32,000 bases of DNA from Gemmata obscuriglobus (GCF_008065095.1 NZ_CP042911.1:8820001-8852000), one strand, 5' to 3'; shown: positions 1 to 9,068, counted from the first letter of the stretch. The notes: generated by a model from the letters alone, not told the origin. Made by a program: numbers and translations.

Positions 1-166
1 GGCGGGTGTCGTCGAACGCGGCCACCTTCGCCGCGAGGAACGCCGAGTAATAGCGGTACGCGATGGCGAGGCAGCACAGCACGGCGATCATAACCGGCAT
101 CGCGTGCAGGATTAGCCGCTGGCTTACGGGGTCGCGCGAGTACAGCGTGAGAGCGAACAGATCCAT
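1..166 (-). CDS. cstA: Carbon starvation protein CstA, N-terminal part (gene continues off the left edge)
   Basis: The reverse complement from ATG (164-166) reads MDLFALTLYSRDPVSQRLILHAMPVMIAVLCCLAIAYRYYSAFLAAKVAAFDDTR. The hydrophobic N-terminus plus the AYRYYS..AAKV..DDTR motif matches the conserved CstA start (E. coli IAYRFYG..IAKNVLAVDPTR). It is too short to appear in the ORF track. Confidence 0.55.
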   Translation of the reverse strand, partial: MDLFALTLYSRDPVSQRLILHAMPVMIAVLCCLAIAYRYYSAFLAAKVAAFDDTR

Positions 167-297
167 GAGGCAGCGTCCGGAGGAGAGAGACGCGAACTAG
201 GTTACCAGCATGCCGCGCCGCGGGCCAACGCCGATCAGAATTACACGCGAATCGGCCCGAGTTCCGCGAAGTCGTCGGGCAGGGCTATTGAAAGTTT

Positions 298-1358
298 GGC
301 TCATGTCTTGCACGGGGTGTTGAGGTGTCGCGACGGGCGGTCCGCGATTAGGATGGGGTCATCGGGTTTTCGCGCCAGGGGCGATGCGATGGACTTCCCG
401 CTCGGCGAGTTGATGGACGAGTCGGCGTGCTACGCGAAGCCGCGGGCGCGACTGCACCCGGACGGGTTGCGGTGCCCCCAGTGCGGCGCGCGGGAGCACA
501 TCGGTGTGCACCGGTATCGGCGCCGCGAGGCGGTCCCGGATCACCGGTGCGACGAGTGCGGGCGGGTGTTCAACGCATTCACCGGGACCGAGCGGCACGG
601 CACTCGGCGCCAGTCGTCGACGGTGCTGTTGTTGCATCGTCCCGGGCACCCCGACCGCGCAACGGGCTCGGGAGCTCACGTGCCGCCGAACCTCGCTGCT
701 GGCGTGGCGCCACCCGATTCAGGCGTGGGCCGAGCACGCGTGGCCCCAACCGGCGTTGGCCGACCCCGTCACGGAGGCCGATGAGATGTTCCAGAATGCG
801 GGGGAAAAAGGGCGCCGCCACGCCGATCCGGCCGATCCGCCGCGGGCACGGGCGAATAAGAGGCGCGGGCACGGTACGTTCGACAACGATCGCCCGCCGG
901 TGGTCGGTGCGGTCGGCCGGGACTCGGGACCCGTGCGCCGGCGGGTCGTTGGGTACACGGATCGGGCGACGCTCGAAGGGTTCGTGACCGGGGCCACGGT
1001 CGCGGGCGCGACGGTGAACACGGACGAGTGGAAGGGGTACGGTGGGTTGTCAAAGGTGGGCCGAACCCACGCCACCGTTTGCCACTCGCCGGCCAACCGC
1101 GAGTGGGCCCGGGACGACGACGGGGACGGGGTTCGTGAGGTGCACACCAACACCATGGAAGGAACGTGGACCGGGCTTCGCAACTTCCTCCGCCCGTTCC
1201 GCGGCGTAAGCAAGTGGTTCTTGTCGCAATATGTCGCCATGCTCAAATAGTTACACAGACCCAATTTCGTTAACGACGACTTCCTCCGCATCCTGCTCGG
1301 CACCCACCCCACCGCTGATCGGCCCAAACCAGCCGACATCCCAAGTAAGACATGAGCC
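298..1358 (+). mobile_element. IS1595-family (ISXO2-like) insertion sequence, about 1.06 kb, bounded by 12-bp perfect terminal inverted repeats
   Basis: ggctcatgtctt at 298-309 is the exact reverse complement of aagacatgagcc at 1347-1358. These repeats enclose the transposase reading frames. No clear target-site duplication is visible. Confidence 0.55.
389..1250 (+). pseudogene. IS1595/ISXO2-like transposase, frameshifted
   Basis: The N-terminal zinc-ribbon part (MDFPLGELMDESACYAK..LRCPQCGAREHIGVHRY..HRCDECGRVFNAFTGT) is in the frame of ORF 296..784. The continuation (GTPTAQRARELTCRRTSLLAWRHPIQA...EADEMFQNAGEKG...TVNTDEWKGY...HTNTMEGTWTGLRNFLRPFRGVSKWFLSQYVAM) is in the frame of ORF 504..1250. 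The frame switch is near 620-645. Confidence 0.7.
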
Positions 1359-1363
1359 GGCAT

Positions 1364-1522
1364 GAGCTAGTTCACCACGAGGACGACGCCACGCGGGACC
1401 AGGCCCAGGCCAGCATCTTCGAGTACATCGAGGCGTTCTGCAACCGGGTCCGAAGGCGCTCGGCTCTGGGGCACGCTGCCCCAGACGAGTACGAGCGAAC
1501 GCATTATCAATCTGGCCGCTAA
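1364..1522 (+). pseudogene. IS3-family transposase (OrfB/integrase) C-terminal remnant
   Basis: Translation gives LVHHEDDATRDQAQASIFEYIEAFCNRVRRRSALGHAAPDEYERTHYQSGR then stop (taa 1520-1522). This is the typical IS3 integrase tail (IFEYIE.FYNR.R.HSALGY.SP.EYE). No upstream part is present, and it begins a few bp after the IS1595 right end. Confidence 0.6.
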
Positions 1523-1797
1523 AACCTGTCTACTTTTCGTGGGGAACTCCATCGTCGAGCGGACGCCTTTCGCGAGCGGATGTAGTACCGCACCTCATCG
1601 CTCGTCTTACCGGCGACCGTGCGACTACTGACGAGCACCACGACGGACCGCAACCGGGGGCATACATCCCAGTCCCGGATCAACTCCAGGTCGTCCATGA
1701 CGAAACAGAACCGCATCTCCGCGCGCCCGTGGCTCGTTCCTTCATTGAGGTCGGTCGAGCGGCCCGCGTAGCTCGCCTCCAGGGCCAGGCCTTTCAC
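1523..1797 (-). pseudogene. ISAs1-family transposase internal fragment
   Basis: The minus-strand ORF 1519..1797 contains HGRAEMRFCFV..LIRDWDVCPRLRSVVVLVSSRTVAGKTSDEVRYYIRS. This is the GHGR-E.R ... G..S.E.RYYISS signature of ISAs1 (DDE_Tnp_1-associated) transposases. It is cut off where the IS3 remnant abuts. Confidence 0.5.
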
Positions 1798-2055
1798 GGT
1801 GGCCGCTATTGGCTGAAGTCTTTTATCTTAAATACCTTCCGCCATTATGGCAGATGGCTGACCATTGCCAGTTGTTGCCAAATCGTGAGTGACAGTGCAT
1901 TGCCACTCACGATTCGCTTGAAAATTCTGGAGTGGCAAATTTCATAATATCCTCATCGACCGTGAATGGCCTAGCCTCCAGAGCCTACCGCTTTCACTAT
2001 TGACGGTACAGCGTTATAGTCCCGGAGTACGTTCTCCGTTCTCCGAGAGTTCCGC

Positions 2056-3246
2056 ATGGATGCGGCCACGATTTATCAGCGGTTCGTGGCGCGCGCCGGC
2101 GGCCGTTCTGATCCACGGGTTGATTCAGAGTTGTCTGTCGCCCGAGCTCCTCGACACCGTCGCCGCACCCCATTTACCCCCCTCGCCCCCCCCCGCCAGC
2201 TCGCCTTTTCGCACCTCGCCGAACTCCTACTGCCCGTCGTGTTCGAATCCAAAACGTCCGTCCGACACTCCTACCGGGATGCCACCCACCTCCACGCCAT
2301 AGCTACACTCAAGTGCATCTACGAGCGATTCGGCAGTACCCAACGACCGCCGTGGCCGCCCTCATCGAGGCCGTCGCCGGGCGGGCCGCCCCGCTGCTCG
2401 ACCCACACGCCCCCGGAACCACCCGGTTCCTGACCCTCGACGGGAACCACTTGGCCGCGACCCAGAACCGGCTCGCCGACCTGTCCGGGTTGCCCGCGGC
2501 CTTGCCCGGTCAAGCCCTGGTCCTGCGGGACCAAGCGACCGGCGTGTTCCTTCAGGTTCTGTTGCACGAGGACGGCCACGCCAACGAGCGGTCGCTGCCC
2601 CCCAGTTCCGGGGCTGGTGTGGGGCCGGTGATGTGGTCATCGCCGATAGCGGGTTTTGCACCGAGGCGTTCCTGATCGGCATGCGGCGGAGCGGGGCCGG
2701 GGTTGTGGTCCGCCACCACGGCGGGGTCGGGTTGACCCGGTTGGGGGAGCGCCAGGACTGCGGGCACACCGGGACCGGGCGCGTGTACCAGACGCGGGTG
2801 CGACACGCAGAGACCGCATGGGAGTTCCGGTTGGTGGAAGTGGAGTTGGACCGACCGACGCACGAGGGGCACGGCACCATCGGGGTCCTTACGGACGTGG
2901 CGGAGGACGCCCTGTCGGCGGTGCAAGTGGCAGCCACACCCGGCGGACCATCGAGAGCGCGTCCCAAGAGCTGGCGGAGGGCTTGCGCGGCGAGGTGGAG
3001 ACGCTGGCGTACCCGAAGACGGCGCTGTTCGGCTTAGCAGTGTCGGTCTACAACCTGTTGCAAGTGGTGCGGCACGCGGCGCAACGGGCCGGGGCCGCGC
3101 CGAACGGGGCCGAAGTGTCGCCCGTATTGCTGGCCCAAGAGGTGGGTTCGTACGGGGTTGGTCTGGGGCCGCTCGAGAGGGGAACCCGGAGGTGCCCACC
3201 GCCGCGTGGGACACGGGCCGGTTACGGGTGTGGGTGGACGGATTAG
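2056..3246 (+). pseudogene. IS4-family (DDE) transposase, at least three frameshifts
   Basis: Transposase-like sequence is spread over ORFs 2056..2433, 2313..2675, 2633..3037 and 2656..3246, in three different frames. Examples are LTLDGNHLAATQNRLADL, DVVIADSGFCTEAFLIGMRRSGAGVVVR, and RRTIESASQELAEGL.., which matches the Y..RW.IE..F.ELK motif. Confidence 0.6.
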
Positions 3247-3499
3247 CACTACTCCGTTACCTCGCCATAACTACTTATTTTACAACGATTTATGTAAAAA
3301 ATATCGCCTTAAAATCTTGTAGGATCTGGACTTGAGGCAAATGGAATGCTCACCGCCCCACCGGGATGTTTGCTGTTCTCGTGAACGGACTCGCCAGAAT
3401 CGCTGAGATTTGAGCCCATTGCGGGTGCACAAACCTGTAGGTGCAGATCACCACAAACCGCTCTACTGTAATTGGTTGTGGCGAAGTAACGGAGTAGTG
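3247..3499. repeat. AT-rich 253-bp element with terminal inverted repeats (MITE-like)
   Basis: cactactccgttac (3247-3260) is the exact reverse complement of gtaacggagtagtg (3486-3499). Pairing extends inward to about 27 bp with about 3 mismatches (3247-3273 vs 3473-3499). The interior is much more AT-rich than the flanks. Confidence 0.4.
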
Positions 3500-3551
3500 T
3501 TATACGGTCGTGGCTCGTCAACAAAAGCGACACCCATTGCGAATTCACGTA

Positions 3552-4454
3552 TCAGGCCCGCAACTCGGCTTGCGCCTTCTGAGCGGCGGCGACGATCTGC
3601 GCCTCCCAGTCGCGATCATCGGGCTGGAATGGGAACGTCACCCCGCGCGAACTGTTCACGATCGCGCCCAGCCCGTCGGGGCGGTACGCGGCCTTAACGT
3701 CCGCCGCGGTGCCGCCCTGCGCGCCATACCCCGGCACCAGTAGCCACACGTCGGGCATCGCCGCGCGCAACTCGACCAGTTCCCGTGGGTGGGTGGCGCC
3801 GACAACCGCCCCGACATCGCCCAGCCCGCTCTCACCGCGGGTGGGGGCGTTCCAGCGGGCCACTTCCTCCGCGACGTGGCGGTACACCGGCTTCCCGTTG
3901 CACACGAGGTCCTGGAACAGCCCCGCGCCCGGGTTGCTGGTGCGCACCAGCACGAACACCCCGCGGTCCCCCTTCTTCGCGGCGGTGAGGAACGGCTCCA
4001 CCGCGTCGCGACCGAGGTACGGGTTGATCGTCAGCGCGTCGGCGTCCCACACCGGCAGCGTGCTGCCGTCGATGGCGCAGCCCGTGAACGCGGCGTCCGC
4101 GTAGGCGGTCGCGGTGGAGGCGATGTCCCCGCGCTTCGCGTCGAGGATGGTCACCAGGTTCATCCGCCGCGCCCGCGCGAGCAGGGTTTGGAGAGCGACC
4201 ATACCGGGCGGCCCGAACAGCTCAAAGAACGCGGCCTGCGGCTTCACGATCCCGCAGTACGGCACGACCAGTTCGAGCACGCGCTGCCCGAACTCGGCGA
4301 ACGCCCACGCCGCGCTCTGGTAGTCCGCCCCGAGCACGACGCGGTGGCGCTCGCGGATGGCCCGCGGTAGCGCCTCCCAGCGCGGGTCGATGCCCACGCA
4401 CAGCGGCCCCTTAGCGCGAACCGCGGCGGCGAGACGGTCAGAGAACGAGGGCAT
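3552..4454 (-). CDS. pyrF: Orotidine 5'-phosphate decarboxylase, type 2
   Basis: This is a 300-aa ORF with GPLCVGIDPR, ILDAKRGDIASTATAYA and LLVPGYGAQGG motifs, and an ATG at 4452-4454. Confidence 0.9.
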   Translation of the reverse strand: MPSFSDRLAAAVRAKGPLCVGIDPRWEALPRAIRERHRVVLGADYQSAAWAFAEFGQRVLELVVPYCGIVKPQAAFFELFGPPGMVALQTLLARARRMNLVTILDAKRGDIASTATAYADAAFTGCAIDGSTLPVWDADALTINPYLGRDAVEPFLTAAKKGDRGVFVLVRTSNPGAGLFQDLVCNGKPVYRHVAEEVARWNAPTRGESGLGDVGAVVGATHPRELVELRAAMPDVWLLVPGYGAQGGTAADVKAAYRPDGLGAIVNSSRGVTFPFQPDDRDWEAQIVAAAQKAQAELRA

Positions 4455-4580
4455 AGTTCTGCTCCACTACGTGCCGGAAGCGTGAGCGCAGGCGCGTGTG
4501 CGTGTGACCGAAAGAAGACCGCTACTCCCGCCGCGCGGACGTGTGCTGTCGCGCACGCATCCGGCTTATCGGGCCGCGAC

Positions 4581-5378
4581 TCACGCCGTCGCGGCCAAAA
4601 AGTTGCGCACCGCCGCGTTGAACGCGTCCGGGTTCTCCACGTTCGACAGGTGCCCGGCCCCCGGGATGTGGATCAGGGTGCTCCCGCGGATCTGGGCCGC
4701 CAGGTTGGCCGACGACAGCGGCGGCGTCACCCCGTCGTGCTCGCCCACCAGCACCAGCGTCGGAACCGTGACGCCCTTCAGCCCGGGGTTCGCGTCGGGG
4801 CGGTCGCGGAGCGCGACGAGCGCGGCGATCACGCTTTCCGCCGGCTGCTTCGCGGCAACGCCCTTCAGCCGCTCAACGACCTCGGGCTTGTTGTCCCGCG
4901 TCGAATCGCTCAGCACCTTCGCCGCCATGCCCTCGAACAGGGCCGCGCTGCCCTTCTCGCGGGTCAGCTCGATGGACTTGGTGCGGTTCTCCCGGGCGCT
5001 ACTGTCGTCCACCCCGGCGCGGGTGTCGGCCAGGATCAGCCCGGCGAGTTTGTCCGCGTGCCGGCGGGCGAACGCGAGCGCCACGTACCCGCCCATCGAC
5101 AGCCCGCCGACCACCGCCTTCCCGATCCCGAGCGCGCCGAGGAACTCCGCCACGAGGTCGGCGGCGCTGTCGACCGTGAACGCGCCCGGCGACGATTCGC
5201 CGAACCCGGGGAAGTCCGGGGCGATCACCCGGGCGTGCGCGGCGAGCGCGGCGAGTTGCGGCTGCCACATGGACCGGTCGAGCGGGAACGCGTGCAGCAG
5301 CACGAGGGGCGGCGCGCTGCCGCCGCCGGTGTCGTCGTAACCGATCGTCGGGCCGCTGGGCAGCGTGCAAACAGGCAT
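4581..5378 (-). CDS. Alpha/beta-fold hydrolase
   Basis: This is a 265-aa ORF with LVLLHAFPLD.SMW, PDFPGFGES, the nucleophile elbow GLSMGG and a C-terminal GAGHLSNVENP. It starts 21 bp downstream of the rnr stop. Confidence 0.85.
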   Translation of the reverse strand: MPVCTLPSGPTIGYDDTGGGSAPPLVLLHAFPLDRSMWQPQLAALAAHARVIAPDFPGFGESSPGAFTVDSAADLVAEFLGALGIGKAVVGGLSMGGYVALAFARRHADKLAGLILADTRAGVDDSSARENRTKSIELTREKGSAALFEGMAAKVLSDSTRDNKPEVVERLKGVAAKQPAESVIAALVALRDRPDANPGLKGVTVPTLVLVGEHDGVTPPLSSANLAAQIRGSTLIHIPGAGHLSNVENPDAFNAAVRNFLAATA

Positions 5379-5399
5379 GTGAACGGACTCCGGGGCGAC

Positions 5400-7727
5400 C
5401 TACTTGCGGCGCTTCCGCGGGCGCGGGGGGCGGCCGGGAGTGGGGAGAGCGTCGCCCCCGTCATCTTCCGTTTTCGGCCGCGCGTCGGCCAGTCTCAGGT
5501 CCAGCATCCGCCGCGGCAAATCGACCCGGGCGACGACCACCCGGACGCGGTCCCCCAACCGGAACCGCCGTTGCGTCCGCCGCCCCTCTAACGAGTGCGC
5601 GCTTTCGTCGAACCAGTAGTAATCGTCCACCAGCGATGAGATGTGCACCAGCCCTTCGGCCGGGAACCGCTCCGCCTGCGCGAAGAAGCCGTAGTCCGCG
5701 ACGCCCGTGATGACCGCGTCGAGCTGCTCGCCGAGTCTGCCGCTCAGATAGCTCAGGATGCGGGTCTTCACCAGCTCGCGCTCCGCCGTCTCGGCCCGCC
5801 GCTCCATCTTCGAGCAGTGCTCGCCCAGCGCCGCCAGTTCCTCCGTGTTCGCACTGGCCGATCCGGTCCGGACCCACTTGTCGAGGAGCCGGTGGACCTG
5901 GAGGTCCGGGTAGCGGCGGATGGGCGAAGTGAAGTGGCAGTAGTGGTGGCTGGCGAGCGCGTAGTGCTCGTCCTGGACGGGCGAGTATGTGGCCTGTTTG
6001 AAGCTCCGCAGTAGCGCGAAGTGGAACGCGGCGCGCTCGGGCTTGTCGGCGGTCGCGTCCAGCACGCGCTGGAGTTCGTAGCGGTCCTGGGGGCGCTTGA
6101 TCGGGTGGCCGAGGATGGCGGCGAACTGGGCGAACGCTTCGAGCTTGTCCTCGTTGGGCGCCGGGTGGACCCGCCGCAGGAACGAGACCTCGTGCGCGGT
6201 GAAGTGTTCCGCGACGGCCTCGTTTGCCGCGAGCATGAACTCCTCAACGATCTGGTGGCTCAGGTTGTGTTCGGCGAAGTGCGCGCCGCTCACGCGCCCG
6301 TCGGCGTCGTACTCCAGCACCGCCTCGGGCATGGTGAGTTCGAGCGCGCCGCGCTTGAACCGCTTCTTGCGCAGGAGGAGCGCGAGGTCGCGCATCCGGC
6401 GGATCATGGGGAGCAGATCGGGGGCCGGACCTACCCCCCCCGGCCCCCCCTCCCTGAAGGGAAGGGGGGAGTCAGCAGGTGGCGCGCCCGGCGCATCGGT
6501 GACGTTGGCGGCGCGCGAAGGGTCTGTCTCCCCCCTTCCCTTCAGGGAGGGGGGGCCGGGGGGGGTAGGTCCGCTTGCCAGTTCGTCCAGCAGCGCCTGG
6601 ACCTCGTCGTAGGTGAACCGCTTGCGGTTCCGGATCGCGCCGTTGAAGAACTCCACGTGCCCCTTTTGAAGCCCCGGGGTGAACTCCATCCGCACGGTCT
6701 TCACGTACCGGACCTTGCCCTCCTGCAGCGACGCCAGCCCGTTGGAGATCAGCTCCGGGAACATCGGGATGACCTTCTGCGGCAGGTACACGCTGGTGGC
6801 GCGCTTCCGCGCCTCGGCGTCCAGCGCGCCGCCGGGCTTCACGAACGCCGCCACGTCCGCGATGTGGACCGTCAGCACCCAGTGCTTCGTCTTCGGGTCG
6901 ATGGTGACGCTGACCGCGTCGTCGTAGTCCTTCGCGTCGGGCGGGTCGATGGTCACGACCAGCTCGTCCGTGAAGTCCGTGCGGCCGTGCAGGTCCGCTT
7001 CCGAGAACTGGCTCGCGACCTCCCGGGCCTCGGCCAGCGCGCTTTCCGGGAACGCTTCGGGCAGCCCGAACGCGCGGATAACCGAGAGCGTATCGACGCC
7101 GGGCGCGCCGTTCGGCCCGAGCACCTCCGCGACGACGCCCTCGCCACGCGCGTCGGGCGCCGGGAACCGCAGCATCTCGATGACGACCTTGTCCTGCGGC
7201 TTCGCCCCCTTCGCCCCCGGGTCGCCGACCGCGATGCTGTGCGCGAACAGGTTGCCGTCGACGCGCACGAGGGCGGTCCGGTCGCGCTCGAAGTAGGTGC
7301 CCACGAACGTGCGGGTGGCCCGCTCCAGCACGCGCACGACCTCGCCGGCGGCGTCCTTGAGCCGGGTCGCCGTGCGGGTGACCCGGGCCATCACCTCGTC
7401 GCCCGTGGCGGCGTCGAGGGCCTTGTCCTCGCGGATGTAGATCTCGGGCTGCGGCGCCCCGTCGACGGCGTGCGGCCGGACGAACCCGTGCCCCGCCGCG
7501 GAGCGGCGGTACACGCCGGCGACGGTGCCGTGAACGTCCGCGACGCGCAGCGTGTTGTTCTTGGCGAGCGCGAGCCGCCCGGTGCGGACCAGCTCGCGCA
7601 CCGTCTTGCGGAACTCGGGGTAGTCACTCTCGGGCAGGTTGAGCCGCTTGAACAGCGGCTTCGCCTTGAGCGGGACGTAGCTCTTCGCGGTCACCGCGTG
7701 GAGCACTTTCGCGAGAATTTCAGCCAT
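5400..7727 (-). CDS. rnr: Ribonuclease R (3'-5' exoribonuclease: cold-shock/OB, RNB and S1 domains)
   Basis: RNB motifs are present (TIDPPDAKDYDDAVSV, SVYLPQKVIPMFPE, HYALASHHYCHFTSPIRRYPDLQVHR). There is a C-terminal S1 domain and a basic tail. The start was chosen at MAEILAKV (ATG 7725-7727) rather than the upstream ORF-track start at 7868. Confidence 0.9.
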   Translation of the reverse strand: MAEILAKVLHAVTAKSYVPLKAKPLFKRLNLPESDYPEFRKTVRELVRTGRLALAKNNTLRVADVHGTVAGVYRRSAAGHGFVRPHAVDGAPQPEIYIREDKALDAATGDEVMARVTRTATRLKDAAGEVVRVLERATRTFVGTYFERDRTALVRVDGNLFAHSIAVGDPGAKGAKPQDKVVIEMLRFPAPDARGEGVVAEVLGPNGAPGVDTLSVIRAFGLPEAFPESALAEAREVASQFSEADLHGRTDFTDELVVTIDPPDAKDYDDAVSVTIDPKTKHWVLTVHIADVAAFVKPGGALDAEARKRATSVYLPQKVIPMFPELISNGLASLQEGKVRYVKTVRMEFTPGLQKGHVEFFNGAIRNRKRFTYDEVQALLDELASGPTPPGPPSLKGRGETDPSRAANVTDAPGAPPADSPLPFREGGPGGVGPAPDLLPMIRRMRDLALLLRKKRFKRGALELTMPEAVLEYDADGRVSGAHFAEHNLSHQIVEEFMLAANEAVAEHFTAHEVSFLRRVHPAPNEDKLEAFAQFAAILGHPIKRPQDRYELQRVLDATADKPERAAFHFALLRSFKQATYSPVQDEHYALASHHYCHFTSPIRRYPDLQVHRLLDKWVRTGSASANTEELAALGEHCSKMERRAETAERELVKTRILSYLSGRLGEQLDAVITGVADYGFFAQAERFPAEGLVHISSLVDDYYWFDESAHSLEGRRTQRRFRLGDRVRVVVARVDLPRRMLDLRLADARPKTEDDGGDALPTPGRPPRPRKRRK
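6426..6573. repeat. Perfect 46-bp inverted repeat pair with a 56-bp spacer, lying in frame inside rnr
   Basis: 6426-6471 (cggacctaccccccccggccccccctccctgaagggaaggggggag) is the exact reverse complement of 6528-6573. It encodes PTPPGPPSLKGRGE...SPLPFREGGPGGVGP between the OB region and the RNB domain. Confidence 0.85.
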
Positions 7728-7806
7728 AGATTTTTGGCGCCCCTGCCCTCGCGGGCGGGGCGTCAGAGCGGCAACGAGCCCGGCCCGCGGGGCCGGCTCG
7801 CCGGGG

Positions 7807-8811
7807 TCAGTCGTACCCGCCGCCGGACTCGCCGAACAGGTCGCCGAAGGCCCCGCCCTTGTAAACACGGCGGCCCAGGTTGTGGTTGTACGGCGTCCAC
7901 GCGGTCGGGTTGTTGCGGTCGTCCTTCAGCTCGCGCAGCACCATGTGCATGCGCGTGTCCATCGCGTCGATCAGGTGCAGCAGCATCGCCTCGGGGGTCA
8001 TCGGCACCTTCGGGCTGCCGTAGCTCAGCTCCCCGTGGTGGCTCAGGATCATGTGCTGGAGCCGGAGCATCAGCTCCCGCGGGAACGGCTCCCCGGTCAG
8101 GTCCGGCACCTTGGCCGCGGTCTCGGCGAGCATCGCCACGGCGATCGGGATGTGCCCGACCAGTTGCCCCTCGTCGGAGTACCCGAAGGCGCGCGAGAAG
8201 GTCAGCTCCCGGGTCTTGCCCGCGTCGTGCAGCAGCACGCCCATCAGCACGAGGTCGCGGTCCGTGCCGGGGTACAGCGCGAGCACCTTGTCCGCGATGT
8301 CCATCATCGAGACCGTGTGCTCCAGCAGCCCCCCCACGTAGGCGTGGTGCAGCTTCACCCCGGCCGGGCACGTCGCGAACGCCCGCATGAACTCGTCGTC
8401 CATGAGGAAGCACTCGGCGAGCGCCCGCAGGTGCGGGTTGCCGAGCCGGAGCAGGTAGCCCTTCAAGCGCTCCGTGAGCTTCGGGATGCTGTGCTCGGTC
8501 TGCGGCAGGAAGTCGGCGAACTCGACCTTCTGCGGCTCCACCCGCTCGACTGCCGTCAGGATGGCCTGCAGCGCGCCCTGGAACAGTTGCACCTTGCCGG
8601 TGGCGAACAGGAAGTCGCCGGGGTCGAACCCGCGCGCGATGCTGTCGCCGGCGTTCCACATGCGGCCCTGGATGCCGCCGGTGCGGTCCCGCAGTTCTAC
8701 AAGGAGGTACGGGTTCCCGTTCCGGTTCGCGCGGAGCTGCTTGTCCGTCACGAGGTACACGTCTTCGAGGTTGTCCCCGTCGCGGAGCTGTTCGACGAAA
8801 CGGCGGGCCAT
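7807..8811 (-). CDS. YhaM-like 3'-5' exoribonuclease (N-terminal OB fold plus HD domain)
   Basis: The start is MARRFVEQL (ATG 8809-8811). OB-like [25 protein letters not shown] is present, with HD-domain motifs [12 protein letters not shown] and VLLHDAGK, and LSHHG. Confidence 0.7.
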   Translation of the reverse strand: MARRFVEQLRDGDNLEDVYLVTDKQLRANRNGNPYLLVELRDRTGGIQGRMWNAGDSIARGFDPGDFLFATGKVQLFQGALQAILTAVERVEPQKVEFADFLPQTEHSIPKLTERLKGYLLRLGNPHLRALAECFLMDDEFMRAFATCPAGVKLHHAYVGGLLEHTVSMMDIADKVLALYPGTDRDLVLMGVLLHDAGKTRELTFSRAFGYSDEGQLVGHIPIAVAMLAETAAKVPDLTGEPFPRELMLRLQHMILSHHGELSYGSPKVPMTPEAMLLHLIDAMDTRMHMVLRELKDDRNNPTAWTPYNHNLGRRVYKGGAFGDLFGESGGGYD

Positions 8812-9068
8812 GCGGGTGCGTACTTTCTTGCATGAAACGTGAGAACGGTCGGCGCGGTCGCAACGCCCGCGGCGCGCGCCTACGGGCAATTGTACCGGCG
8901 ATCGCACCGGGGCGCAGGAAATCCAGCCGCGTACAATGGGGGCAAGAAGACGAAGAACCTCATCCCCCGCTCCCGGCCCCTTCCCGTCCCGCCGGCCCGG
9001 TCAGCGGAGCTTCCGCGGGCCGGCGGAACGAGAGGGTGCCGGGGGAGAGGCTCTTCAGGAGACCGTTT

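Noticed and set aside
3309-3548. A 79-aa minus-strand ORF inside the AT-rich inverted-repeat-bounded element.
   Set aside because: The composition is atypical for this genome's coding DNA. It overlaps the right inverted repeat and runs into the pyrF 3' flank. No recognisable motif is present.
6426-6573. Alternative explanations for the rnr insert: an intein, or an ordinary low-complexity protein linker.
   Set aside because: No intein splicing motifs are present (no Cys/Ser/Thr...HN-Cys architecture). A protein linker does not explain 46 bp of perfect nucleotide-level reverse complementarity.
6021-8390. A 789-aa plus-strand ORF antisense to rnr and the YhaM-like gene. Similar cases are 4482..5591, 7763..8863, 7882..8835 and 8880..9863.
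   Set aside because: These are Arg/Pro/Gly/Ala-rich translations with no recognisable motifs. They lie opposite or out of frame to genes with strong family signatures. Long spurious antisense ORFs are expected in GC-rich DNA because stop codons are rare.
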